Source: Leucoraja erinacea
Taxonomy: Eukaryota
Reading direction: 5' to 3'
DNA: 64,000 bases
Assembly (NCBI RefSeq): GCF_028641065.1
Contig: NC_073396.1
Span: 22,816,001 to 22,880,000 of the forward strand
Positions 25,970-39,094 of the stretch are shown piece by piece (positions within the stretch are counted from its first letter, which is position 1; every line of letters begins with the position of its first letter). A model generated the notes under the pieces. It was not told where the DNA came from, made no database searches, and saw nothing but the letters and a program-made list of their open reading frames with translations. Position numbers and translations under genes: made by a program.

Positions 25970-27375
25970 AGTGGTTCTAAAATGCTTGCAGAATGTATCT
26001 ATTGGTTCTAAAGCTTGCAAAAAAAGTGTCTATTGGTTATAAAGCTTGCAAAAAAAAGTCTTGGTTCTAAAGCTTGCAAAAAATGTCTATTGGTTCTAAA
26101 GCTTTCAAAAAATGTCTATTGGTTCTAAAGCTTGCAAAAAAATGTCTCTATCGGTTCTAAAGCTTGCAAAAAATGTCTATTGGTTCTAAAGCTTGCAAAA
26201 AACGTCTATTGGTTCTAAAGCTTGCAAAAAAATGTCTATTGGTTCTAAAGCTTGCAAAAAATGTTGCAAAAAAATGTTTATTGGTTCTAAAGCTTGCAAA
26301 AAAATGTCTATTGGTTCTAAAGCTTGCAAAAAAAAATGTCTATTGGTTCTAAAGCTATGTATCTATTGGTTCTAAAGCTTGCAAAAAATGTCTCTATTTG
26401 TTCTAAAGCTTGCAAAAAAATGTCTATTGGTTCTAAAGCTTGCAAAAAAGTGTCTATTGGTTCTAAAGCTTGCAAAAAAAGCTTGCAAAAAAATGTCTAT
26501 TGGTTCTAAAGCTGCAAAAAAATGCATTGGTTCTAAAGCTTGCACAAAAAATGTCTATTGGTTCTAAAGCTTGCAAAAAGTGTCTCTATTGGTTCTAAAG
26601 CTTGCAAAAAGTCTATTGGTTCTAAAGCTTGCAAAAAAATGTCTATTGGTTCTAAAATGCTTGCAAAAAAAAAATGTCTATTGGTTCTAAAGCTTGCAAA
26701 AAATGTTATTTGGTTCTAAAGCTTGCAAAAAAAATGTGACTATTGGTTCTAAAGCTTGCAAAAAAAATGTCTATTGGTTCTAAAGCTTGCAAAAAAAATG
26801 TATCTATTGGTTCTAAAGCTTGCAAAAAAAGGTCTCTATTGGTTCTAAAGCTTGCAAAAAATGTCTATTGGTTCTAAAGCTTGCAAAAAAAGTGTCTATT
26901 GGTTCTAAAGCTTGCAAAAAAAGTGTCTATTGGTTCTAAAGCTTGCAAAAAATGTCTATTGGTTCTAAAGCTTGCAAAAAAGGTGTCTATTGGTTCTAAA
27001 GCTTGCAAAAAAAGTCTATTGGTTCTAAAGCTTGCAAAAAAATCTCCATTGGTTCTAAAGCTTGCAAAAAAATGTCTATTGGTTCTAAAGCTTGCAAAAA
27101 AATGTCTATTGGTTCTAAAGCTTGCAAAAAGTGTCTCTATTGGTTTTAAAGCTTGCCAAAAGGGTCTCTATTGGTTCTAAAGCTTGCAAAAAAATGTCTA
27201 TTGGTTCTAAAGCTTGCAAAAAAAATGTCTATTGGTTCTAAAGCTTGCAAAAAAAATGTCTATTGGTTCTAAAGCTTGCAAAAAAAAATGACTATTGGTC
27301 CTAAAAGCTTGCAAAAAATGTCTATTGGTTCTAAAGCTTGCAAAAAAATGTCTATTGGTTCTAAAGCTAGCAAAA
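25970..27375 (+). repeat. ~30-bp minisatellite (TATTGGTTCTAAAGCTTGCAAAAAAATGTC)n
   Basis: More than 40 direct units, varying mainly in poly-A length. Confidence 0.95.
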
Positions 27376-28300
27376 AGTGCAAATGGTGGCTTCGGTGCTT
27401 TGGCTTGAAGTTGAAAGGCACTATTACTGCAAATGGTGGTGGGTGCTTTGGCTTGAAGTTGAAATACACCACTTACTGCAAATGGTGGCTTGGGAGCTTT
27501 GAAGTTGAAAGACACCACTTACTGCAAATGATGGCTCGGGTGTGGCTTAAAGTTGAAACACCACTTACTGCAAATGGTAGCATGAAGTTGAAAGGTACTA
27601 CTTACTGCAAATGGTGGCTTGGGAGCTTTGACTTGAAGTTGAAAGGCACTACTTACTGCAAATGGAGGCTTGGGAGCTTTGGCTTGAAGTTGAATGGCAC
27701 TATTACAGCGAATGGTGGCTCGGTTGTTTTGGCTTGAAGTTGAAAGGCACTATTACTGCAAATGGTGGCTTGGGTGTGGCTTGAAGTTGAAAGGCACTAA
27801 TTACTACAGATGGTGGCTTAGGTGCAATGGCTTGAAGTTAAAATGCATTACTTACTGCAAATGGGGATGTGGGTGCATTGGCTTGAAGTTGAAAGGCACT
27901 GCAAATGGTGGCATGAAGTTGAAAGGCACTACTTACTGCAAGTGGTGGCTTGGGAGCTTTGGTTTGAAGTTGAAAAAGCACTATTACTGCAAATTGTGGC
28001 TTGAAGTTGAAAGGCACTACTTACTGCAAGTGGTGGCTTGGGAGCTTTGGCTTGAAATTGAAAGGCACTACTTACTGCAAATGGTGGCATGAGGTTGACA
28101 GGCACTACTTACTGCAAATGGTGGCTTGGGTGCATTGGCTTGAAGTTGAAAGGCACTATTTACTGCTAATGGTAGCATGAAATTGAAAGGCACTACTTAC
28201 TGCAAATGGCGGCTTGGGTGTGGCATGAAGTTGAAAGCCACTACTTGCTGCAAATGGTGGCTTGGATGCTTTGGCTTGAAGTTAAAAGGCACTACTGTAA
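27376..28300 (+). repeat. ~40-50-bp minisatellite (GCAAATGGTGGCTTGGGAGCTTTGGCTTGAAGTTGAAAGGCACTACTTACT)n
   Basis: Direct tandem units with internal deletion variants. Confidence 0.9.
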
Positions 28301-29333
28301 ATGCACTTAATTCCTGTTTGCACTGTATATTGATTTTAGATAAATCGCTACCACTTACGGCTGTGATTTTTGGCCATCTTACTCAGTCCCCCTCCGCTGA
28401 GCAGATGCAGAGAATTCTTCCCATCAATTAAAAATAAAAGTGTTATTAGTTTTTAAAAAAATGTTGAGAATCTCTCTCCTGTCAATCACTCCATGAAAGC
28501 CACACCTTTTTGGGGGGGGGGGATTATAAAACCCGGAAATGTGGGTGTGGCTCAGTCTCTGCAAGATGGAGGAGGGAGAGGTCATGACTCGCTGTCTTTA
28601 GTAGCTTTGCACCCTAATTCAAATGGTATGGTAAGAAACTGCACTTGAATTTGGTGGCCTTATACCCTGCTTGAAATAGAATTTCAAGGATTAGCCGTGA
28701 GTCAACTACCAGCCCACCAGCCGTGAGTGAGTGAGTTGCCAGCACAACAGGCTTGATTGACAGACGCCAGCCGAAGAATCCATTTGGCGCACAATTTCCA
28801 TACTAGCCCTCTGGAAACCAGTCCCTTCAGCCCACAACACCCATACTAGTGCTCCAGAAAGCCCCCCCCTACCCCAACTGGCCACCAATATTAAAATTGG
28901 TGGAGAGGTGGAATATTGCGTTGGATGACCAGCCCTCCTGTGTGATGCTGGGACCCAACGGGTCCCACTTAGTCTAGTTTTAATTAAGTTCAAGACTATG
29001 GGGCTGTACATTGGCCATAAAGTTGCTGCCTAAAAGTGCCAGAGACCTGGAATTGATCCTGAGTATGGGTGCTATCTGTATGAAGTTTGCTCCTTTTCCA
29101 TTTGATCGCATGGGTTTTCTCCGGGTGCTCTTGTTTCCTTCCACATTCCAAAGGTGTGCAGGAACCTATTTCAGACACAACCCAAAACGTGATATTTTCC
29201 TTTTGTCCAGAGACTCTGTCTGACCTGTTGAGTTACTCCAGTTTTTTGTGTCTATCTTCAGTTTAAACCAGCATCTGCAGTTTCGTCTTACACAGAAGAT
29301 ACTATACGATAAAACTTTATTCATCCCAGGAGG

Positions 29334-29469
29334 NNNNNNNNNNNNNNNNNNNNNNNNNNNNNNNNNNNNNNNNNNNNNNNNNNNNNNNNNNNNNNNNNNN
29401 NNNNNNNNNNNNNNNNNNNNNNNNNNNNNNNNNNNNNNNNNNNNNNNNNNNNNNNNNNNNNNNNNNNNN
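29334..29469. other. Assembly gap (N run) in intron 1
   Basis: 136 N bases. Confidence 0.99.
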
Positions 29470-29930
29470 ACCCGTTGGGTCTGCTCCCCTAACGCAGCCG
29501 TTCCTTACCCGTAGCCCGCACGGGAGACGTGGTCCTCCAAGTCAAGCCGTTCAGGATTCAGCAGTGCGGCTGTTTTTAAATGGCGTCTTTGAGGCGAGAT
29601 GCGGGCGCCAGCAGCTGTTATGGTCGCTGGCGAACAGGAGGCGACAAAATGACTGAGTGGGGGGTGTGTGGGGGGGGGGGGGGGGGGGTGTGGGGGGAGA
29701 TAAATATTTTATTAAAAATGTGTACATGAACACGACAAAATGTAATCAGGAGTGGATACTTGGAATGAAAAGTGAAATCTCTACCAAAATGGAAAAAATC
29801 TGGGCGTTTGTGTGTCTGGTGTTGGCGTTGCAACGAATCAAAGGCTGGCACCCACAGGCTGGCAACCACAAGTCAAGCACAAACACAGCCAGCCACAGCC
29901 AGCAGCCACAGAGTTTTAATATTAGATAGA
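29470..29930 (-). mobile_element. Non-autonomous Helitron, 3' end lost in the gap
   Basis: Hairpin remnant ACCCGTTGGGTC directly after the gap. Minus-strand 5' end A|TCTATCTAATATTAAAACTCTG. Confidence 0.6.
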
Positions 29931-31707
29931 TAGTTATATATTCATATATAAATATACACCATTTTGTTTTCTCATTTATAACATTGTTTACAGAGTACTA
30001 TGTTTACATATTCTGTTGTGCAACTGCAAGTAAGGATTTCATTGTTCTAACTGGGACGTGAGAGAATAAAACACTCTTGACTCTTGACTTACTCCGCTAA
30101 TGTGTGGGAAAGAACTAGTGTACGGGTGATCAGTGGTCGGTGTGGACTCGGTGGGCCGAAGGGCCTGTTTCCACGCTGTATCTTTAAATTCAACTAAAGA
30201 CACTAAAACCAGAGGGAGTCTAAAGGAGGGTCTCTACCCGAAACATCACCCAATTTCTTCCATCCTGAGTAGCTGGCTGCTCCATGGAGTTCCCCCGCAC
30301 AATTAAAGCATGGAATAGTCTTCACCCTACCATTGTTACCCAACCAGATGCAATTAAATTTAAGGTACCTCTTTTTTCCCCGAGAACCCTTTTTTGCTTA
30401 AGTCCGAGTCAAGAGAGTTTTATTGTCATGTGTTCCAAATAGGACAATGAAATAGGAAGGAGGGTTTCGACCCGAAACATTGCCTACTTCTTTCGCTCCA
30501 TAGATGCTGCTGCACCCGCTGAGTTTCTCCAGCATTTTTTGTGTACCTTCAATTTTCCAGCATCTGCAGTTCCTTCTTAAACACAAAGGATATCAGGACC
30601 AAACATGTTGCCAAGTTAACTAAACTCCACTGCCTGCATGTAATGTTTATCCCTCCATTCCCTGTATTTCTATGTGCCTTACAGAAATGCCACTATTGTA
30701 TCTGTCTCCAACACCAACATGGCAGTGCATTCCATGCGCTCACCACTCTCTATGTAAAAACACTTCACTCACACATCTCCTTTAAACATTCAACCTCTCA
30801 TTCTCCATCATTGGCACATTTTGAAATTGTGGTTTGCACTTCGAAGTTCAGACATTAATAATTATCAAAATATAAAATGATCCCAACACCAATTCTGTTC
30901 CAGTCTGAAGAACATGTTCACCACAAACTACCTCTCCCCCATTTATCTCACCTATAGGGCAGCACGATGGCGCAGTGGTAGAGTTACTGCCTTACAGCAC
31001 TTGCAGTACCAGAGACCCGGGTTTGATCTCGACTATGGATGCTGTTTGTACGGAGTTTGTGGCCCGTGACCGCAATGGGTTTTCACGGAGACCTTTAGTT
31101 TCCTCCCACACTCCAAAGACGTGCTGGTTTGTCGGTATACTTTGAATAAATGTAAATTGTCCCTAGTGTGTGTTAATGTGTGGGGATTGCTAGTCGACGC
31201 GGACTCGCTGACAGGCCTATTATGTGACACCTTGCCAAAAGCTTTCTGGAAAACTATGTACACGACTTGCACTGCATTACTCAACAACTCTATGTTTAGT
31301 TTGTTTAATTTATATATATTGCGTGGATATTACAGTGTACCTGGTATGACAGAATGTTTATAGCACAGAAGGAGGCCATTCAGCCCATCCGTTTTAATGC
31401 TGGTGTTCTACCAGAGCAACTGAAGATCTATCCGGTGGCTCTTTAGTTTAGTTTTAATTGGCTTATTGTCACGTGCACCGACTAGTTCCCAGAATGTGGG
31501 AACTCCTCACGACCATGAAGGCGACTCCCCGGCAACCATCCGCGAGCATGTGGCGACCATGTGGCGACTGCATAGTCTCCTGCGGTCGCCTAAAAAGTCG
31601 CCGAAGTGGGACAGGCCCATCACAGTGCCTTATCCAATGAACTAATAATATAATAAAATGAAGATAAGTTATTAATTGTTCATGGAATCTTGTTCCTCCT
31701 GTTTAAG

Positions 31708-31870
31708 CTGTCTGAGAAGTACGGTCCAATCTTCAGCATCAAGCTTGGAACCATGAAGGCTGTGGTCCTGACCGGCTACGAGACTGTGAAGGATGCTCTC
31801 GTCAACCATCCCGATGAGTTTGGAGGAAGAGGTCACATCCCAATATTTGAGATCACATCAAAGGGTCATG
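31708..31870 (+). CDS. CYP2 gene A exon 2
   Basis: LSEKYGPIFSIKLGTMKAVVLTGYETVKDALVN... AG/GT boundaries, 163 nt (canonical CYP2 size). Confidence 0.93.
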
Positions 31871-32755
31871 GTAACTCTCATCTTCATTGTCGTTGAACCC
31901 TTGATGATATTTGGTTGCATCCTCATTTGGTTCCATTAAGTGGAGTTTTGCCGGAGGCTTGTTTTTCTATGATGTAAAACTTTAAAGGACATTGGACAAC
32001 ACACGATTCTTTAATTGAGATTGGTAGCCAATCCTTTGCAAATTGTGCTTAATTTAATCACATAATACTTGAAACCATTTACTTGGTGATTTAATGTAAG
32101 ATTGTTTCACAAACTAATAAACTTTTTCACTATTTTAACAAATACCTATTTTTCTCATTTTGATTATATTTGTCACACTTGCCAGGTGTTGCACAGACTG
32201 ACAATGAATAGACACTTTCATATTTCAACATTTGAGACCATTCTTGTCTTGTCTAGGTTGGATCTTAGCACGGTCCTGAACGTCCCATTATTTATTCTCA
32301 TTCTTATCCAAGCAAAGGAAAAGGAAGTATTAGCAAAATTTAACAAGCTGAAATCAGGTTGGTTAATGCGAACTGAGCGGAGGTGTTGGGCGAAGCAATC
32401 TCCAAGCCTGCGCCTGGTCTCGCCAATGCAGAGAAGTTGACAACTGGAACAGCGGATGTAGGGTGTCAGGGGTTCTGGGGAGAATGGGGAGTAGGCGTTG
32501 AGAAAGAAAGCTAGCTCAGCTACAATTGAATGGCAGGATAGCCTCGATTGGCCAAATGGCCTAAACTTGCCCCTATGTCTTATTGATGATGTGCTGTACT
32601 GTTCGATGTTGTATGTTCTCTGCCTCAGTAAAACAAATCTTTCTCTCTTGAATCATTGTTTTCCATCTAGATTTTGCCATTTAAAGGTGAAGCTCACCTT
32701 TGACTTGGTTGCAAGTTGCTTTGATAAGTTGTCACATTGACGGTTTTAATTACAG

Positions 32756-32905
32756 GCATCGTCTTTGGTCATGGGGAATCTTGGAAGCAGATGCGAAGAT
32801 TCACCATATCCACTCTGAGAGATTTTGGAATGGGCAAGAAATCTATCGAAGATAAAATCATTGAAGAAACCCATTTCCTCATAAAAATGTTTGAATCGTA
32901 CGAAG
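32756..32905 (+). CDS. CYP2 gene A exon 3
   Basis: GIVFGHGESWKQMRRFTISTLRDFGMGKKSIE contains the WxxxR motif. 150 nt. Confidence 0.95.
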
Positions 32906-33939
32906 GTGAGTCTAAGGTGGTGTGGTGTGGCGGTGCCTAACGGCAGTGGCTCGACTGCAGTCCGTTAGTCTTTTTTCAATTTTTGTTTCATTAAATGTAT
33001 GTTTTGACTCTAGTTGTTATTATTTTCTTCGTTGTGTATATGTGGGGTGGGGGAAACCGTTAACCTCTTCCCTGTACGGGGACCCGACTTTTTCCCTGTC
33101 GGGTCTCCGATGTCGTTGGGCCTAACATCGTGGAGCTGGCGGTGGCCTCCGGCATGAACTAACATGAGCGCTCCAATCGCGGAGCCTGCGGACATGCCAT
33201 CGCTGAGCAGGCCGTCTTCGGAACGGGAAGAGCTGTGGTGGCACACGGCTACGACCCGACTTCGGAGCTTCGGAGGCTCCAGCCACAGACCTGGTGGACG
33301 GTAACATCGGGAGCTCGCAGGTCCCTGGTGGGAGACCGCTTTTCGGAGCTCCCGCAACGGCAACTTCTCCCACCGGAATCGCGGGGTTAAATGACTTGGA
33401 GCGGGGCCTAACATCGCCCGGCGCGGCTTAACGGCCACGGGACTTACCATCGCCCGCTGGGGGCTTTAACATCGGAGCCCCAGTCGCCTCGACGCTGCAG
33501 TTGGACTGGTGGACCGCGGGAGAAGAACAAAGGAAAGAGATAAGACTTTTGCCTTCCATCACAGTGAGGAGGTGTTGGAGATTCACTGTGATGGATGTTT
33601 GTGTAAACTGTGTTAAGTGTGTGTTTTGGGTTTTTTGTAATGTTAAGACTAGAAAATGCAATTTTGTTCAAACCAAGCTGTTTGAATGACAATAAAAGGC
33701 ATTCTATTCTATTCTATTGTATTCTAAATGAAGAGGCAAAATGGTCAATTCTCCTCTGCCTACTTCTAATCATTTGTAATGTAAGATGTGCATTAAAGAA
33801 TCCAAGAAATACCTATTCAAACATTCAATTACTAGAAGATAGACACAAAATGCTGGAGTAACTCAGCAGGTCAGGTAGCATCTATTTTCTCCAGAGATGC
33901 TGTCTGATCCGCTGAGATACTCCAACATTTTAGAATTGT

Positions 33940-35020
33940 AGATAATAGGTGCAGGAGTAGGTAATTCGGCTCTTCGATCCAGCATCGCCTTTCAATATGG
34001 TCATGGTTGATCATCCAAAATCAGCACCCCGTTCCTGCTTTCTCCCAATATCCCTTGATTCCGTTAGCCCTAAGAGTTATATCTAACTCTCTCCCGAACA
34101 CATCCAGTGAATTGGCCTTCACTACCATCTTTGGCAGAGAATTCCACAGATTCAGAACTCTTTGGGAGAAAAGGTTTATCCACTCTCTGTGTGAAAAATG
34201 TTTTTCTCATCTCGGTTCTAAAAGATTTCCCCCTAATCCTTAAACTGTGACCCCTTGTTCTGGTCTTCCCCAACATCAGGAACAGCCTTCCTGCATCTAG
34301 CCTGTCCAACCCCTTAAGAATTTTGTAACTTTCTATAAGATCCCCCCTCATTCTTATAAATTCTAGTGAGTACAAGCCGAGTCTATCCAGTCTTTCTTCA
34401 TATGAAAGTCCTGACATCAACAGGAATCAGTCTGGTGAACCTTCTCTGTACTCCCTCTATGGCGAGAATGTCTTTCCTCAGATTAGGAGACCAAAACTGT
34501 ACGCAATACTCCAGGTGTGGTCTCACCAAGACCCTGTACAACTGCAGTAGAACCTCCCTGCTCCTATACTCAAGTCCTTTTGCTATGAATGCTAACATAC
34601 CGTTCGCTTACTTCACTGCCTGCTGCACCTGCATGCCTACTTTCACAGTATATGCTTCTTCCTTGGATTTAACACTATTCTTAATTACTCTCATTAGCTA
34701 TGGTTGAGCCGCCTTCCCCGTTTCATTTTTACATCAGACGGGGATCAACAATTGTTGTAATTCATCCATGCGATCTTTAAATCTTTGCCATTGCATATCC
34801 ATCGTCAACCCTTTAAAGTCATCGTCAAATGATAATTTGCCAGTCAATCCTAGCCAATTCCCGTCTCATAACATCAAAGTTACCTTTCTTTAAGTTCAGG
34901 ACCCTTGTCTCTGAATTAACCATGTCACTCTCCATATTAATGCAGAATGCTATCATATTATGGTCACTGTTACCCAAGGGGTTTTGCACAACAAGATTGT
35001 TAACTAATCCTTCCTCATTA
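33940..35020 (-). mobile_element. CR1 LINE fragments in intron 3
   Basis: LVRPHLEYCVQFWSP, GLSYEERLDRLGLYSLE and PLGNSDHNMI. Confidence 0.85.
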
Positions 35021-35286
35021 CCTAAACAAAGAGTGGTTTGTGGTTGGATAGAGATTTTGCTGTTCATCTTTGCACAGTTTGGCAGCAACTTCCATGTTGA
35101 GTCAACGTCACACTTTAGTCTGACTGTTTGCGGAACTGGCTGATTGCTGCATTAAAAATATCATGTAAAACTTGCCACTGAAATAAGAGCAAGACCTCAA
35201 TAAAAAGAGACTGATCAGAGGATCACATTAATATCAATTGAATTACACTGTTGACACTAACTTGTGAACGATGTGTATTTCTGCAG

Positions 35287-35447
35287 GCCAAGAATTTGAT
35301 CCAACCATCAAGTTAAACATTGCTGTGGCCAATATAATCTGCGCAATAGTTTTTGGTGACAGATTTGATTACGATGATGAAAGGTTCATTAGTTTGGTGA
35401 AGAGAGTGAATGAAAATATGCAACTTGGTGGATCTCTGATGGTGCAG
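35287..35447 (+). CDS. CYP2 gene A exon 4
   Basis: GQEFDPTIKLNIAVANIICAIVFGDRFDYDD... 161 nt. Confidence 0.94.
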
Positions 35448-36234
35448 GTAAATCTCATCTTACTCTTTGATTGCAAATACAGGCACTTCCTGGTTTACGT
35501 AATAGGTGACTGACGTAAACTTGCACTTACATAAGCAATTCTTTAAGCCCGTGGCTTTAATTCTGAATTGCATGTCTCAGTAGCAGTGCACTAATGCCGT
35601 CGCATGAGGCCGTTTCTGCAAGCTAGCCAGCTGTTCTCCTGGATGCTGGCCTCGTGATCTCCATGCTAGAGCACCCCCCCGTGAATCCCCCCAGCAACAG
35701 AGCTGCCGTCTGGACTCCTCGTCGGAGCTCTCCCCAAGGACTGCGACAGCACCACCTGTGGTCTCCCCGTTGGAGCTCCCCCTGTGGTCTCTGTCTTGGG
35801 ACTCTCCACATGGGGTCTGCTTCGGTGCTCCCCCATGGTCACTGCTTCGGTACTCCCCTGTAGTCTCTTCATTGGGCGACCTAATCGGTGAGTCCAGAAG
35901 AGTGCCTTCGACCTTCAAGCTCGAGGGCACTCTCCTGGAAAGCCTCGAGCTGGGTCGACCGGCCGCGTTGAAACCACGAGCTGGAACGACCGAATCGCGA
36001 GCTGCATCTACCGACCGCACACACAAACACATATAGCGAAGGTGGGGGCCAGGAAAGCGGAGGAGCGCTGTCTGCACGATGAAGAGGAAGGTAAACGACT
36101 GCCACAGAGTACCGTAAGTATTTACCCATGCTCAGTAACACTTCTGTTTCCGATTTACGTAACAACTGAATTGTACGAGTGTTCCCGCGACGTACGAATA
36201 TTGATTTTTCTCGTTATCCTTGCATTGCCTCTAG

Positions 36235-36820
36235 AAACATAGAAATTAGGTGCAGGAGTAGGCCATTCGGCCTTCCGAGCCTGCACCGCTATTCAATATG
36301 ATCATGGCTGATCATCCAACTCAGTATCCCGTACCGTTCCTGCATCTAGCCTAGCCAACCCTTTAAGAATCTTGTAAGTTTCTATAAGATCCCCTCTCAA
36401 TCTCCTAAATTCTAGAGAGTATAAACCAAGTCTATCCAGTCTTTCTTCATAAGACAGTCCTGACATCCCAGGAATCAGTCTGGTGAACCTTCTCTGCACT
36501 CCCTCTATGGCAATAATGTCCTTCCTCAGATTTGGAGACCAAAAAACTGTACGCAATACTCCAGGTGTGGTCTCACCAAGACCATGTACAACTGCAGTAG
36601 AACCTCCCTGCTCCTATACTCAAATCATTTTGCTATGAAAGCTAACATACCATTCGCTTTCTTCGCTGCCTGCTGCACCTGCATGCCTACTTTCAATGAC
36701 TGGTGTACCATGACACCCAGGTCTCGCTGGATCTCCCCTTTTCCTAGTCGGCCACCATTTAGATAATAGTCTGCTTTCCTGTTTTTGCCACCAAAATAGA
36801 TAACCTCACATTTATCCACA
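36235..36820 (-). mobile_element. CR1 LINE 3' fragment in intron 4
   Basis: DLGVMVH..KKANGMLAFI..EGVQRRFTRLIPG, with the CR1 3' tail. Confidence 0.85.
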
Positions 36821-37128
36821 TCTCTCTCCATTCCTCCCCCACCCTGGTCATCCTGCTAGTTTTACTGTTCGTATATCCTCGTTATCACCTCATCCACAGC
36901 CTGCAATGGACCATTGTAGCCGACTCTGATCTTTTCTGTTCCTTTCATAGCTCTAGTTTCCCTGTCAGTCTGAAGAAGGGTCTTGACCTAAAACATCACC
37001 TATTCCTTTTCTCTAGAGATGCTGCCGGACCTACTGAGTTACTCCAGCATTTTGTGTATATCTTTGGTGTTAAGTATTGCCTAGCAATTGCTTGCTGTGC
37101 TGTTAATACTAATAATTTTATTTTATAG

Positions 37129-37302
37129 CTCTACAATGCATTTCCCATACTGGGATTTTTTCCTGGTTCACACAAGAAAATGATGCAAAATACACGATTA
37201 AATACTGGATTCATCAAAAACATTGTGAATGAAAATGATCAGAAACTAGATGCAAATGACCCAAGGAGCTTTATTGATGCCTTCTTGTTAAAACAGCACC
37301 AG
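37129..37302 (+). CDS. CYP2 gene A exon 5
   Basis: LYNAFPILGFFPGSHKK...DPRSFIDAFLLKQHQ. 174 nt, AG/GT boundaries. Confidence 0.92.
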
Positions 37303-37467
37303 GTATGGACTGCATGCCTCCCCTTTAGAAGTAGAATTTGTAAAAGATCCCAGCTAAAAATAAACTGTGACTATTCGACTATGCTTAACTGTGAAGCTAT
37401 TACGGTCAAACACGCACTGCACAACTGGTCAAACACGCACTGCACAACTACATAAAACATATCAGCA

Positions 37468-37532
37468 GTGGATGTAGCTCAAGTGCATGCTTTACATGGA
37501 TGAGGCCAAAGGTTCAATCCCTGGCATCTCCA
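37468..37532 (+). pseudogene. Degenerate tRNA-Ala-derived sequence
   Basis: GTGGATGTAGCTCA..GCATGCTTTACATG.ATGAGG...GGTTCAATCCCTGGCATCTCCA resembles vertebrate tRNA-Ala(TGC). The D-loop has a deletion and the anticodon reads TAC. Followed by TTTT. Confidence 0.65.
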
Positions 37533-38552
37533 CCCTTTTGGGTGGCACAATGGCACAGTTGGTAGAGCCACTGTCTCACAATGCCAGAGAACCTGGTTTT
37601 CTGACCTTCAGTGCCGTCTGTGTGGACCTTGCACGTTCTCCCACTGACCGCATGGATTTCCTCCGGGTGCTCCGGATCCTCCCACATCATAAAGATGCCT
37701 GGCTTTATAGGTTAATTGGCCTCTGTAAAATTGCCTCTCCTGTGTAGCGAGTGGATGGGAAATAAAATGAGTAGGGGAATCGAGAACCAGAGGACACAGG
37801 TTTATGGTGAGTGGGGAAAGATTGGAACCAGAGAGGAAACTTTTTTACACAAAATGTGGTGGGTACGTGGATAGGAAATGTTTAGACGGATATGGGCCCA
37901 TCCCAGGCACGTGGGTCCAGTGTAGATGGGACATGTTGGTTAGTGTGACCAAGTTGGATTAAGGGGCCAGTTTACATGCTGTATGACTTTACGACTCGAT
38001 AACTAGTGTGAGTGAGGGCAGTTTCAAGGAGATGTGCGGACAAGTTTTTCACACAGGGAGCAGTGGGGCCTGCTACCTTGGATGATGGTGAAGGCGGATT
38101 CAAGAGGCTTTTAGATGGGCACATGGATATGTAGGAACAGAGGGATATGCATCACATGCAGGCAGAGGAACATAGTTTAACTTGGCATCATGTTCGGCAT
38201 AAAGATTTTGGGCTGAAGGACCAGTTTCTGTGCTGTACTGTTGTATATTCTAGGAAACAAAATATCCAAACCAATTATGAATTTTACTAAATCCAATAAA
38301 TACATTAAATCTGTATACATCGGTACATTTATATGCTTGTAAAATTAAAGATATTCAAATAACATTTAAAAATTATACTTGACACAAAGCATTTTTTAAT
38401 TGTTAAGCTTTGACAAAGATCGGTTTCTACAATCCAAAATAATTTGCAATCAGAATTTAGCCTTATCCCAAAGAGTTGGGCGAGAGGGCTTCTGGTGTGT
38501 ACTCCTGGTCCTAACACAATTTCCAGATCTTTGTTCTGTTAATCTATTGCAG

Positions 38553-38694
38553 GAGTCGGGTAATCCAAACACATATTTCCATGAAAACAACCTGTTATTC
38601 ACAGCACTCAACCTGTTTGTTGCTGGGATGGAGACGACTTCAAGCACACTTCGTTGGGCCATGCTGCTGATGATGAAGTACCCCCACGTACAGG
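38553..38694 (+). CDS. CYP2 gene A exon 6 (I-helix)
   Basis: NLFVAGMETTSSTLRWAMLLMMKYPHVQ. 142 nt. Confidence 0.95.
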
Positions 38695-38789
38695 GTGAGG
38701 AGCGGTCTGATTGATTACTGTGCGTCCCGTGTATGAATCCCAACTCTAGCCCTGCCGCCCAGTGCTTTAACGATGCCCTTGGTTTCCAG

Positions 38790-38977
38790 AGAAAGTTCAC
38801 GAGGAAATCATCAGTATCATTGGGTCAGAACGGTCGCCCAGAGCTGAAGATCGGACGAGTTTGCCCTACACCAATGCGGTGATCCATGAAGTCCAGAGAT
38901 TTGGCAACGTTGCACCAATGAACCTCCTGCATTCAACAACAGCGGACGTAAACTTTAAAGGATATTTCATCCCAAAG
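38790..38977 (+). CDS. CYP2 gene A exon 7 (K-helix ExxR)
   Basis: KVHEEI...LPYTNAVIHEVQRFGNVAPMNLLH...GYFIPK. 188 nt, after a 95-nt intron. Confidence 0.95.
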
Positions 38978-39094
38978 GTAGATAAGGGATGTGGGTGGCT
39001 CATTGGCTCCTGATATTTGAATATTTACTCCTGGGAGGGAGGAAGTGGATTGTTGATGTCTTAGGATCATAAATTTGTGTAATTTTATGTAACA

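Larger units (their letters stand above)
25616..28977 (+). mobile_element. Non-autonomous Helitron carrying two minisatellites
   Basis: 5' end A|TCTATATTACTAAAA. 3' hairpin GGGACCC-AAC-GGGTCCC (28950-28966), then CTAG|T. No TSD. Confidence 0.8.

Noticed and set aside
25970-28300. CRISPR-like appearance, and repetitive ORFs such as CLLVLKLAKK and LKLKGTTYCKWW
   Set aside because: The units abut with no unique spacers, there are no cas genes, and the context is a eukaryotic intron. The ORFs are by-products of the repeat.
37468-37532. Functional tRNA gene
   Set aside because: D-loop deletion and stem mismatches. Other tRNA-like heads (for example 22146, 30958, 49592) appear to be SINEs.
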